A stretch of 64,000 nucleotides of DNA from Daphnia carinata. Its lineage: Eukaryota. Below the pieces are notes generated by a model that saw only the letters and a program-made list of their open reading frames with translations, made no database searches and was not told where the DNA came from. Made by a program: the position numbers and the translations under genes. Position 1 is the first letter of the stretch. The number at the start of each line of letters is the position of its first letter. Positions 1 through 11,610 of the stretch are shown here, piece by piece. Location of the stretch: positions 9,114,001 to 9,178,000 of the forward strand of contig NC_081333.1 in assembly GCF_022539665.2 (NCBI RefSeq). The letters run 5' to 3'.

Positions 1-1640
1 TTTGTGGGTAGCCACAGAGCCCTCCGTGAACACATCATCGGACTAAGCGGACATCCACGTCCCCTTTCCGGTCAGAGCCCTCCAAACCTCGGTATATGTT
101 GTTTTTATATATACCGTACAGTAGGGGCATGACCCCCTACGGGCTTATTACGAGTCAAGGGGAAACGGGGCTACGGAAAGGAAGGGAGCCCAGATATGCA
201 CTTCAATTTTTTAAATATAAAATACCGTCTCAGGAATCCGAATGAAGTATAGAAATGTCATGTCATCCATTCAATCATTACAATTTATTCAGTGTCATGC
301 CCCAACCAAGAATTTTTTCAGATCCAATGTTACTATTAACCTATGCTGAGAAAAGAAAAACACCATTAAGCATCTCAATTGTTGCTCATGTGACTTACAT
401 GACTCATAGATTCAACTTCTGGCAGAAGCTTGGGAAAGGCCATACAAATTGCAGATGAAAATCATTGTATAAGGCTCTTGAATGATAAAATAAAACCCCT
501 AGAATGTTGCATTGTTGATAGTTGTGTTCCCAGTATGCTGAAATTCCTTTCCTATTGGGTAAAATTTTTTTTTGTAGATTACACCTGGTTGGCAAAAAAG
601 AAGAGAAATGCTTTGTCATCAATTCAAAAAATTTTCAAGATAATTCCTTTCATACCTAAAGAGTCCATGTATGATGTTCATCTCTGCAACAGCAGCAAAA
701 TTAAAACATCTTTAGGGCCATTTAAGTACCCAGCTTCACCAACACTCTGAATGTAAAGGACAAGTTGTTCTTTAGCAAGAGAGGCAGAATTATTTGAGGC
801 TTCTAGCTGTGACAGAACTATAAAGGATTGCTGTTATCAGGATTCATTCACACAAGATGGTACTTCTCATTAGACAATTTGCATACACTATTACTTTACC
901 TCATACCTTAATGGTAATGCACTCTCAGTGTTTTTTAAACTGTAGGCTCACTCTTCCATCCTGTTACACTTCCAGACTTGACTTGATCCCCTGCTAAAAT
1001 TCTGTGAATGCAAAATAATAGCATTAAGAATACTTTTTCGATAGACAAAATACCAAAGAGTACCTAATCCATGCTTTATGTTGAACTCGTGCCATTTCTG
1101 TGTTTCCATACCACACCCATTTTCGGCCCAAATACAGTCCCACAATTCTTCAGTTCCTTTGCTGCATGGACTTATTACTAACAATTCTTTTAGTGCAGCA
1201 CTAACAGAATTTAAATTTAACACACTGTCAGGTGGTGGACTGAATAACTAAACAATAAATAATTGTTTGTTAAAATTCTATACTTATTTGGAATTCTTAT
1301 TTGAAAAGTTTATGTACCTGACTGTGTTTGCCTAATGCCAACTCATCCTCACGTTCAGTTAGGGATGAGTTTGGAAAAACCTCCTTCACTGTTTTGAAAG
1401 TGTCCAGTTCTAATTTGTTATTTTCCAGTAACTGAGCTTGTAGACACAAAGTTTGAGCTAAAAAACACAAATGAATAAAAGAACACAAATACAATCATTA
1501 CATATTACCATCCTTAGTTTTGTTGTCATCTAAGATTCTGTGCTGTTGAAAAAATTGAGCCTGCAGCTTCATAATTTTATCTAATAAACAATAATTAATA
1601 ATTGAAAACTAATAAAATAATGTTTATACTTACCATCCTT
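1..1640. repeat. Copy A of a dispersed ~1.64 kb duplicated segment (runs off the left window edge); direct repeat of 9075-10715
   Basis: 1-1640 aligns colinearly with 9075-10715 (offset ~9074), with scattered substitutions and small indels. Paired ORF-track translations agree (255..458 vs 9327..9533; 948..1223 vs 10106..10291). Confidence 0.95.
280..1640 (-). pseudogene. Unidentified multi-exon gene or gene fragment (copy A), probably degenerate
   Basis: The minus strand has regularly spaced ~60-80 bp GT..AG introns separating open exon-like blocks (e.g. ...EDELALGKHSQ|gtacat; ...HEFNIKHGL|gtact; ...EVESMSH|gtaagt). A TGA interrupts the penultimate exon-like block in both copies. No recognisable domain. 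Confidence 0.45.
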
Positions 1641-4462
1641 ATCTTTTATTATCATAGTAGGTTGCTAATAGTTTTTTGGTTTGACAGCCTGCATAGGTGA
1701 TTACAAGATATGTACCATAAACACCAAGCATCCTGTGGGCATCACTTCCAAAACACACTCAGGGATGAAAACGAACAGAAGCACCATTAGATTTTCTTGA
1801 GTTTTCCATTGGAATATGACATATTTAACAGAAACTTTCGAACACAGCTTTCACCGCTCCCATATAGTCAGCAAGTAAATAGTGGCACAGCAGCGTCATC
1901 TTGTTTTCCAATTAACAACCGAAAAATTCATCAAAATTGAAAATCTTGCTTTTTTGAGACGGGAACTGCACTGATGTGAACTCTTTAAACATACTTTTAG
2001 AGCGTGAATGCCCCCCACCCACCCCCATATTGGCTACTACCATTTCAATTTTATTTTAACAAATACAGCGACCAAAACCACGAACGGCATTTTAAAATAT
2101 AGCGATTTAACATGTTTTTGAGCCCGATTTTTTCACTGTCTTTTATTTATTTATCCAAAAACCTAGATATTTCTAGGAAAATACATAATTTGGGTTCACA
2201 GTTCAACAAGGATGCTGATTGCGCTTCACACACATCTAGAAATTTCGCAAGTTGACGTATCTGGATTGTTAGCTAGTCAACATCTGTATGATAATACACT
2301 TTTCTTTTTTTGAACAGCTGCAATGGTATTTCGGTTATAAGTTCCACGGCAAAAATTTCTCCATTGAGACAAGGACGCCCATTGTGCGTTATCTTGTGCC
2401 TATTTTCAATTAAATGGATACGCCGTCACTTTTCTGCTGGGAAGAGCTCACTTTGGCCTGGAGTATTGTTTTGAATGGTGTAATTAGTATATATTGCATA
2501 CATTAGATTGAATCAATTACTTTTTGGCATACGTTCTTTAATTGTGTGAGGCTGTCAAATCGTCGACAGGCGGTATCTAAAGGAGGAAATCAGCTAAGAG
2601 CTTGCGGACTCATCAATAAATGCAAAACTATTAAAAAATTATAAAGATAGCCTGAAACCAAATTGTAAGGAAAATTTAATTTTAGTTTCCAGCACTTTGG
2701 TACAGGTATCATCGTCAACGTGGGCGCAGGTGATTTTTCCATGTTCATTGTATCACGTCACCAACTTCTACTAGATGAGTCAAGAGGAAATAAGGTTACA
2801 CGAACAGAAAATTAACCATACAATTCAACTGGTAGATAAGAATACCATGATGCGTGGAAGTGAAATACACCACATCACAACTGTTAAAACTGTCAGAACA
2901 TTCACCACCCATGCAATACATTTTCTGATTCATTGATGTTCATCACCTAGCCTATACCAAGAAAACCAAACACAATTAGTGCAGAACATTTTGCTGATGA
3001 AAGTTAACATATACCTGACAAATTTACTGCAGACCAGCAATTCCTGATGGACTCCCACACAACATTCCAGATAAACAAAACAGTAGTAATTCCTAAACAA
3101 ACATCTTGCAATAGTGGTAAATATAATGCAGTAACTGGTAAATCCTCCAGTCAACTGGTACTTCCTTTTCGACTGGCATTGGCAGTGATAAATAACAAGT
3201 AGGATCAAATGCAACTGAGACCCCATCAGACCTCAGACACACTAAAGCCAATTTCAATACCCAACTAAAGAGATCTACTACTACAGAATCTTTCTGTATT
3301 CTACTTACGATAAAATACCCAACATTCATGTGCAGCTTCCTGAAAAATAAAATGAGTTGGAACACAAATGAACCTTGCTAATAAAAAAATTTAGCTATTT
3401 CACCTATATTTTGTCAGTCTCCATCAATGCAAGACTTCTTCAAAATCGGATTTAGATGTTCGTCTAACTCATGTTCAAAATCCTTATGATGCACAAGTTA
3501 AAAACCTAGCTTTTACAAAGCAAGTAAATCGTATACCTTAAATACACTCGAAGGTAATGCATGGTCACCTTGGCAAGGTGTTCGCCAGACCACATCGTTG
3601 GTACAAGATGGCGGCGAGCATTTGCAGTTCCTCCCTTGAATTTGACCTACAAAAAGGAAGGTCTGCCACGTTCGGCTGCCGTGATATAACCAGCCGCTAC
3701 GACGCCATGTTAAATGTTGCCATCAGCAGCTCAGCTCAGCTCAGCTCAGTACCTGGGCCACCTAGCGACTAGCCCCCTACGAGACTACAGCAAATATTTT
3801 GTTTGACAAATACGACTTTAATTGGACGTTAAGAATAATGAGTTTGTATAAATGAGCACTTCCTAAAAAGTTAAATTAAATTACAAATGAATTAATAACT
3901 GAATTAAAAAAAGAAATTAACGAATTTAGTCTATTGCAAATATGCTACATCTTTTGCGGGTGACAGTAATAAAAATAAAAAAAGGAAAGAAAAAAAGGAA
4001 AGAAAAAAAAAATAAAAAAAATGCTAGGAAAATTTGTTGCCAATGAAAAAAAGATTTAAAATGGGATGGGAAGAAAAAAAAATCTAGATATTGAAATAAA
4101 CCACAAAAAAACCAAAACAGAAAGACTAAGAACTTAATCTATTTAACTATATATGCGTTATTTCGTACGATGTTTCGCCGACTGGATCATTCGCAACAAC
4201 GTGACGTTTCTATTAAGAACTTATACATCTACTTACTAATGCCATCAACATTCGTTTTTCAAAATATGGAATTACATGACATCACGCATTTTACCGCCTA
4301 CTCCCTCCGAGACGCTTACGACGCTATACACAATTTTTATCAAAATCTTTTGGTTATGGGAACTTACTGAACAATGAGTCGTGTAATTTATTGTTTTCAA
4401 TCTATTTTACAGAAGCCAAACCATTACCTGTATGCACCATCATTGACGAGAGCGGTAGGTTG

Positions 4463-6186
4463 TCAGGGTAGGCCGAATCTTTTCATAAGTTTATCCTGTT
4501 CCGTGAGATCTTTTCTAACTTTTGTCCTCATGTAAAAGATGGGGCAATCTCGGCTAAATGTGACAAATGATTAGTATTAAGTATGTAACATGATTATGAT
4601 ATCACTAAAACTATTTACTTGGAACAAAGAATCTCTTCGTTGAGATTTCCCTGGCACCGTTGACATTCTGTCCATAAACGATTAGACTTCTCTTCGAGAG
4701 CATAAAGTTGGCCAATTTCCCTCTGGTAGAACTCCGATTCCTTCAGCTTGCAAAATCTGTTTAATTGGAACAGTAATTTTAACAAACATCGCCGAGTTAG
4801 GCAGAAATTAGACTTACTTGCATACAGCACTATCGTCTGGAAGGACGGTTTTGCATCCAACACAGGTGGATTTGCATGTGGTAAAGCTAGCCAATCCACC
4901 AATTTTTGAAATAACAACTGAAGGCGTCCGGGTATGGTAACCATCTACAATACGGAATACAAACGGTTCAATTATGTCAAGCAAATAAATGCGATGAGTC
5001 CGTGTTTACGTAGCAACAATGATTCCGCTTTAGATCCAAGTATGGGTTCAAAAATCCAAACAAAGGGTTTTGAAAGCTGATTTTCCAAATCGTATTGGGC
5101 ATCAATAGGTACGCTGGGTTCCAGGACAAAAATCGGGTCTTCCGCCTAAAGAAGACGTATGAAAACTTAATAGTTCATGAGAAATTTGAAATCCAAACAC
5201 GAACCTTGAGGTTCGTTTTTAGCAGCTGCGATAATGATATACGGAACTCGATCCCCTAATTTTGGGGTTGTACCAGCACCTCGCTTACGCATCTTGTGAG
5301 CTAGTTCCACATGTGCTTGTTTGCTGGCGTAGTCTTTATATGTTTTAGTCAGCTCCTTTTTTATAAAAGAAGGCAAACGGATAAAATCACAGTATTCCAA
5401 AACATAGTTACGCTCTACCTTGGTAATCACCAGAAGTGAGATATCGATTTTGTTGCACAGCAAGTCGGAAATTGTTTTTTTGGCGTATTCTAAGGCTCCA
5501 TCCGGGTCTCTAAGAGAAAATATCAAACCCTCAAACTTCGAATACTAAAATTGATGATTTTTTGTTTACCACTCCATCAAAATTTTCTGCAGACAGCTAT
5601 TGATAAGATTGGCAACGAGTTGGCAATTATCACGACAAACGGTTTCTATATCTTTACAATCCATTTTGTCAAACTTTTCAGGTTTGGTCCAACACAATCC
5701 TGCATACCTGTGAAGACAGAAACAGTCAGTACAACTGGTATTTCATCTAAAAAGTCTTCATAAAACAGAACCGTAATTACCTCTTTTTGTTGATCAATAA
5801 ATAGGGGTAATAGACTTTTCCCAATTCCAAATTAATGGGTTTGACAAATTTTGCCGACACAAATGCGGCAGCTTCTCGGCCTAATTCCATGGCTTCGGCC
5901 ACCGTGGGTACACCGAATTTCACCGTTACGGAATCTATGTTACCATAGATTACCTGACGTGATATTAAATTGAAAGAAAATCCATTAGTCAGTACTTCTG
6001 CAAATAATTATTCATAATCCAGGGATATTACTTTGGCGTCAAGGGAATAGCCACTCTCGACGCAAAATTTAGACTCCACAACCTCTCTTGTTTTCTCAAC
6101 CATAGTTCTGCCAAAAGCAGTCACACTTTGCCAAATTTCCAGACAAGGCAATTTTCCGACTTGGGCGCCAGTAAAACCGTAAACAT
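4463..6186 (-). pseudogene. POLD1: Unprocessed 3'-partial pseudogene of DNA polymerase delta catalytic subunit (end of motif B to the C-terminal CysA/CysB region)
   Basis: Spliced exons give [111 protein letters not shown]. Lesions: motif C YGDTDS reads YGNIDS; TGA is formed across the ~5570/5509 splice junction; there is a phase mismatch at ~5210; the N-terminal two thirds are absent. Introns are retained. Confidence 0.93.
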
Positions 6187-7700
6187 ACAAACACGACGGA
6201 TTCCCTACAGAGAAACAAATAGCATTACATCAGCCAAATCTCATACTCAAAAGCCATCGAGAACATACTTCCGGAGGCATCGTTGGATGGCTGACAATTT
6301 TTTCAATATCGGGACCGAAACCCATAAAGCATTGGATCAGCTTCGTCCAAAATTAAAAACCAGGCCGTCGAGAAGTAAAATACTCCAAGGTCGAGAAAAT
6401 CCTCGAGTCGCCCCGCGGTCGCGACAAGAGTATTGCACCCAGCTTGAAGATTTGACCGCTGATGGCTCGTGACAGTTCCTTCATATGTAATGACAGATTT
6501 TAAAACCGAATTGTAGGAGAATTTACACGACCCGCGGTGAATTCGAATCGAAAATCCACGAGTGCGACAATTACAACTTCTGGCTTTTGAACCATGGCGG
6601 GACGCACCGGCACCACCTTGTTCTAACAATTTGTTCAGAGTTTGTTGAGTATCTTAGATGCAATTGGACCTTTTAGCAGTCGCAATCACCGACGTGCCCA
6701 CTCAAAATTAATTTTACCTCAACCTACCCAGTTCATACCGACCCATTCGAATCAAGTTAGTACGAGGGCATCAAGGTTTCAAAATTACACAGCGTTAATT
6801 AATTGGATTACCGTTTTGCTGGAGCCCGTGACAGGACAAGCAATCAAATCTCTTTTGGCAAGAATAACTGCAACTGAAGCTTTCTGTACAGGTGTTGGTT
6901 TTATGTAGCCAGAATTCTTAATGTTTTGAAGTAGTAGTGGGCGCAGGCCGGCTTCTTCGAGTGATGTTATGTATTGAGGTACATCTTTTCCTATAACCTA
7001 AAGCAAACCCAATAGATATTTTCAAATCATAAAATACTGTTTCGAAAAATGCCTTAGCTGGATTCGATGGAGAACGAGTTTATCAAAATTGTTAAAGCGT
7101 TCCCCACAGATGATCCCACTTAAACAGTTCATTTTCATCGCATGTCACAGCTTCCGGAATGTATTGTTCACGCGGCTTTCCGTTTTTCGTCAATTCACGA
7201 ATAGATTCGTACAGCCTTTCGAGGTGTGGCCAACTTCGTGACACTAGGGGTAAGACAATGAACACTGGAACATAAAATATTTTTTGTGAAGATACAATTG
7301 ATGTTTACCTTGTAACACTTGCTGCCACCAATGACCCCTCCTTGTGGAAAATTCCTTGCTACATGACCCACTTCTTGGTTGGAAATGAACACTAAACTTT
7401 AGTAAAAGAAAACTAGATCCGAGTCTCATATTCACCTTATGACACCTACATTCTCAACTCCCACCTCCTCCTTGTGGGCAATACATGGAAAAATGTCCTT
7501 TTCCAAACTGTTTAATAACTATGGATTAGCCAGACTAGAATGTACTAACCCGAATGCTATTTTTATTTTTCTTATCTCATGGCAAGTACGACTTCCACCA
7601 CCTAATCTTTCGAAGACAACAAAATTTGTCCAACTCAAAATTATTCAAACATTAGTATCAGCTATTAATTATTATCTATTAGCGTACCTTGAAAAGCGTT
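6181..7700 (-). pseudogene. vas: 5'-partial pseudogene of a vasa (DDX4)-like DEAD-box helicase with N-terminal Gly-rich CCHC zinc knuckles
   Basis: Exons give GGGSRTCHE; GHVARNFPQGG..SKCYK|CHEVGHTSKGC (CX2CX4HX4C); REQYIPE; Q-motif SGYIKPTPVQK; motif I LIACPVTGSSKT (degenerate GSGKT); LVATAGRLEDF; FLILDEAD; and GIRRVCMF, which stops just before the SAT motif. There are frameshifts and an apparently mutated donor (GAG|ataag at ~7575). Confidence 0.85.
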
Positions 7701-7973
7701 GAAAAATGAGTAAATTAAACGCCAAAAATCGCCAAAGCCACGAGGTGAGAAGCAAAATCGAGCGAGGAAGGCAGACTGTACGCGCTAAGCCAATCTAGAA
7801 ATAGGCCTGAAAAAACAACTGCCCGATGAGCCACGGTTTAAGGCGCCTCTTGTGGACGCAAAGGTCATTACGAGAAACTTTATCCGTCACAAATTAAATG
7901 TTTTTAAACAAATTTAAGGTAATCATCCAAATCAAGATTTAACTTTAAAAAAAAGAAAAAAAGCGTAATACTT

Positions 7974-8145
7974 TATGGCAATCCGTTTTACCCCCCCCCC
8001 CCCTCAAAAAAAAAAGATATCGGTCTTCTTTTCTGTTTCACTGCTATCGCCATCTACCGGTCGACAGCAGTAAAACAAAAAGGAAGGCCGCTATTATTAT
8101 TTTTATATTTTTTTTTTGGGGGGGGGGGTAAAACGGATTGCCATA
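7974..8145. mobile_element. Small palindromic MITE-like element with TA flanks
   Basis: Ends are TA-TGGCAATCCGTTTTAC(C)n ... (G)nGTAAAACGGATTGCCA-TA. The inner arms are also imperfectly inverted (cggtcttcttttctgtttcactgct / agcagtaaaacaaaaaggaaggccg). A second terminus is at 10927-10944 and a diverged half-copy at 11254-11331. Confidence 0.65.
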
Positions 8146-8547
8146 GATTGCATCAAACTTACCCATTCGGCAACCCAAGTGTGCACATGTTTTTCTTTGA
8201 TAATTATTTTATTTTGCTAGTATGTTTGGTAAACTGCAATCGTGCCCAATATTTTTGCCTTTGCATTTTAGGTCAACTCTTAGGTGATCTATACCTGATC
8301 CTGTGTTTTAAAGTGATCTGCTTTCACAGGTACATTTCTGTGTTCTTTTCTGTTGGTCTATGGTTCTGAATTGAGGCAAGTATATCTATTATGCCATGTC
8401 ACTAAGTATTATAGGGAAAAGAATAACTGAAGTTGATTGAGATCTATTCTGATTCTCCTGATATCCATCTCAACAGGTTTTTATTTGCTTTTCAACATCC
8501 ATTTCATAGTGGTACATGTGGCTTCGATTAATATTACCATAAAGACT

Positions 8548-8710
8548 GCCGAAAATGGGTGTGGTACGGAAACCCAGAAATGGCATGAGTTCAACATCAA
8601 GCATGGATTAGGTACTTTTTGGTTTTTTGTCTATAGAAAAAGTATTTTTAATGCTATTATTTAGGCTCTGGCCGGAAAGGGGACGTGGGGGTCCGCTTAG
8701 TCCGATGATG
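8548..8710. repeat. Inverted, internally deleted third copy of the duplicated unit
   Basis: 8548-8662 is the reverse complement of ~10082-10195 (and ~1013-1127). It is joined directly to 8664-8710, the reverse complement of ~9105-9152 (and ~33-78). Confidence 0.9.
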
Positions 8711-8901
8711 ATAAACGATAAACCAATGGTAACAATGCTTACCATCAAAGGTGACAAAAACAAATAATGCAAAGAAAAAAAAAGTTGATAGATGTAATGT
8801 GTGAACACAGCTAACACAGACAATGAAAGAAACAAATTTTGCAAAAAATATTTTATAAAACAAATTTTATTGACAATTCTCTGCACATTACAATTATTTT
8901 T

Positions 8902-9265
8902 GCAACTTTAAAAAGGCATAATAGCCCTTTCAAAAGTTGCCGTCAACCCAGGCAGGGGGAGACACTGCCTTGTTGACCCACCGGGGAGATTACCCGGTGA
9001 TTGGCTAAGAGAAGCCGGAAGAAGAGCTGAAGATTTGGAACATTTTTACAGGAGCGATTAACCTTTAGTTCGGATTTGTGGGTAGCCACGTCGCCCTCCG
9101 TGAACACATCATCGGACGAAGCGGACCCCCACGTCCCCTTTCCGGCCAGAGCCCTCCAAACCTCGGTATATGTTCTTTTAAATATACCGTACAGTAGGAT
9201 TATGACCCCCTACGGGCTTATTACGAGTCAAGGGGAAAGGGGGCTACGGAAAGGAAGGGAGCCCA
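8902..9265. other. GC-rich module of consecutive stem-loops; function unknown (possible structured RNA or element terminus)
   Basis: Back-to-back inverted repeats at 8902-8940, 8942-8977 and 8979-8999, then gtgg-gtag-ccac, tccgtga..tcatcgga, cggtatat..atataccg (9164-9189) and gggct..agccc. The 9075-9265 part is also present at 1-192. Confidence 0.5.
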
Positions 9266-10715
9266 GATATGCACTTCAATTTTTTAAATTAAAAATACGT
9301 CTCGGGAATCCGAATGAAGTATAAAAATGTCATGTCATCCATTCAATCATTACAATTTATTTAGTGACTTGCCCCAACCAAAAATCTTTTCAGATCCAAT
9401 GTTACTATTAACCTATGCTGAGAAAAGAAAAACAACACCATTAAGCATCTCAATTGTTGCTCATGTGACTTACATGACTCATAGATTCAACTTCTGGCAG
9501 AAGCTTGGGAAAGGCCATACAAATTGCAGATGAAAATCATTGTATAAGGTTCTTGAATGATAAAATAGCACCCGTAGAATGTTGCATTGTTGATAGTTGT
9601 GTTCCCAGTATGCTGAAAATCCTTTCCTATTGGATAAATTTTTTTTTTAGATTAGACATGGTTGGCAAAAAGCAGGAGAAATGCTTTGTCATAAATTCAA
9701 AAAATTTTCAAGAAAATTCCTTTCATACCTAAAAAGTCCATGTATGATGTTCATCGCTGCAATGCCAACGAAATGAAACATCTTTAGGGCCATTTAAGTA
9801 CCCAGCTTCACCAACACTCTGAACGTAAAGGACAAGTTGTTTTTTAGCAAGAGAAGCAGAATTATTTGAGGCTTCTAGCTGTGACAGAACTATAAAGGAT
9901 TGCTGTTGTACCAGATTCATTAACACAAGATGGTACTTCTCATTAGACAATTTGCATCACTCTATTACTTTACCTCATACCTGGTAATGCACTCTGTGTT
10001 TTTTCAACTACAGGCTGACTCTTCCATCCTGTTACACTTCCAGACTTGACTTGATCCCCCACTAAAATTCTGTGAATGCAAAATAATAGCATTAAAAATA
10101 CTTTTTCAATAGACAAAGAACCGGGAAGTACCTAATCCATGTTTTATGTTGAACTCATGCCATTTCTGGGTTTCCGTACCACACCCATTTTCAGCCCAAA
10201 TATGGTCCCACAATTTTTCACTTTCTTTGCTGCATGGACTTATTACTAACAATTCTTTTAGTGCAGCACTAACAGAATTTAACTTTAACACACTGTCAGG
10301 TGATAGACTGAATAACTAAACAATAAATAATTGTTCATTAAAATTCTATTCTTATTTTGAATTCTTATTTGAAAAGTTTAGGTACCTGACTGTGTTCACC
10401 TAATGCCAATTCATCCTCACGTTCAGTTAGGGATGAGTTTGGAGAAACCTCCTTCACTGTTTGGAAACTGTTCCGTTCCAATTTGTTCTTTTCCCCTAGC
10501 TGAGTTTGTAGACTCAAAATTTGAGCTACAAAACACAAATGAATAAAAGCAAATAAATAGAATCATTATGTATTAGGCCTTACCATCCTTAGCTTTGCTG
10601 TTATCTAATATTTTGTGTTGTTCCAATAATTGGGCCTGCAGCTTCATAATTTGATCTAATAAACAATAATTAATAATTGAAAACCAATATAATAATGTTT
10701 ATACTTACCATCCTT
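9075..10715. repeat. Copy B of the ~1.64 kb duplicated segment, containing the same unidentified minus-strand spliced gene
   Basis: Colinear high-identity match to 1-1640. Homology ends just inside the next upstream exon (..aaggatg|gtaag). Confidence 0.95.
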
Positions 10716-10994
10716 TTGCTGCATTATCTTATCCGTTTTTCAATTGTTTCTCCAGCCACGCGTTATTCTCCATCCACGCTACTGAACTAACTGCGAATGG
10801 CATCCAATGGACTGAAATTGCCTACGCCAGTAATAACGAGTCTGAGCGGTAGATGACTACGTGTCGGAAAAAAAAAAAAGTGTAATTTTTTTTTTTTTTT
10901 TGGCGAATTTTTTTTTTTTTTTTTGTGTAAAACGGATTGCCATAATATTCACATCTAGTTAATTCTCTACATACACTCAGCGAATGTTTATGCT

Positions 10995-11225
10995 GCATCG
11001 CGCTAGCGCTGCAGTGTACTGGCGCGCTAGCATTACGTCAAATATTCGGTTTATTTCAAAAACGATTAACTTAGTGAAACAAATAGCAATTTCTCCGGAA
11101 TTAGCATTCAATTTTAAGCATACCCTGTGATATTAACCTATTCCGATGAGTATCAATTTTTGCAGAAAAAATTTTTAAGCCCGACTCAATAAGCCCGACT
11201 TTTCTCGGTCGGGCTTAAAATTTTT
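10995..11225. repeat. Diverged monomeric member of the repeat family arrayed at 15.7-17.7 kb
   Basis: Shares gcgctagcgctg(c/t)ag(t/c)gtactggcgcgcta, ttatttcaaaaacg and aagcccga/tcgggctt motifs with 16195-16225, 16598-16612 and 15835-15875. Confidence 0.7.
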
Positions 11226-11610
11226 TCATAAATTAAAATTTAACTGGAAATGTGACCGGTAGGTGGCGATAACAGTAAAACAGAAAAAAACTATGTTTTT
11301 TTGGGGGGCGGGGTTAAAAACGCGATTCCCACACAATTGCAACGTCATCTGCCGGTGCTGATCGAATAATTTTGTGAATGTTTTCAAAGAAAAATCTGTC
11401 TGCAGTCTACACTTGACAGATCTGGTTGTACGTACGCGCCAATGAGTTCTTCCGATTTCCAATTTCCGCTGAAATTTGCATGATACCGAAGTCCTTTTTC
11501 CACCGCTCTAGTTTTACAAAAGGCAATGTTCATTTTTGATCCTGTTGAATAAAGATCGAAAATTTAAGCTTCATTTTGGAAATAATTAGGAACGCTAAAG
11601 GATTTGTGAA

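Noticed and set aside
4463..6186. Viral or Polinton family-B polymerase
   Set aside because: The sequence and intron structure match cellular Pol delta, including the C-terminal Cys clusters.
6128..6190. Functional in-frame Vasa-Pol delta fusion protein
   Set aside because: The junction is out of frame and both halves contain frameshifts or stops.
8440..8545. Minus-strand peptide HMYHYEMDVEK resembling the Argonaute N-terminal YHY-x-V motif
   Set aside because: Too short, followed by a stop, and with no further Argonaute-like sequence.
9075..9160. Possible HDV-like, pistol or hammerhead ribozyme (hairpin followed by C(G/T)AAG)
   Set aside because: I could not build the nested pseudoknot or find a CUGANGA/GAAA core on either strand. 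Kept only as an unclassified structured module.
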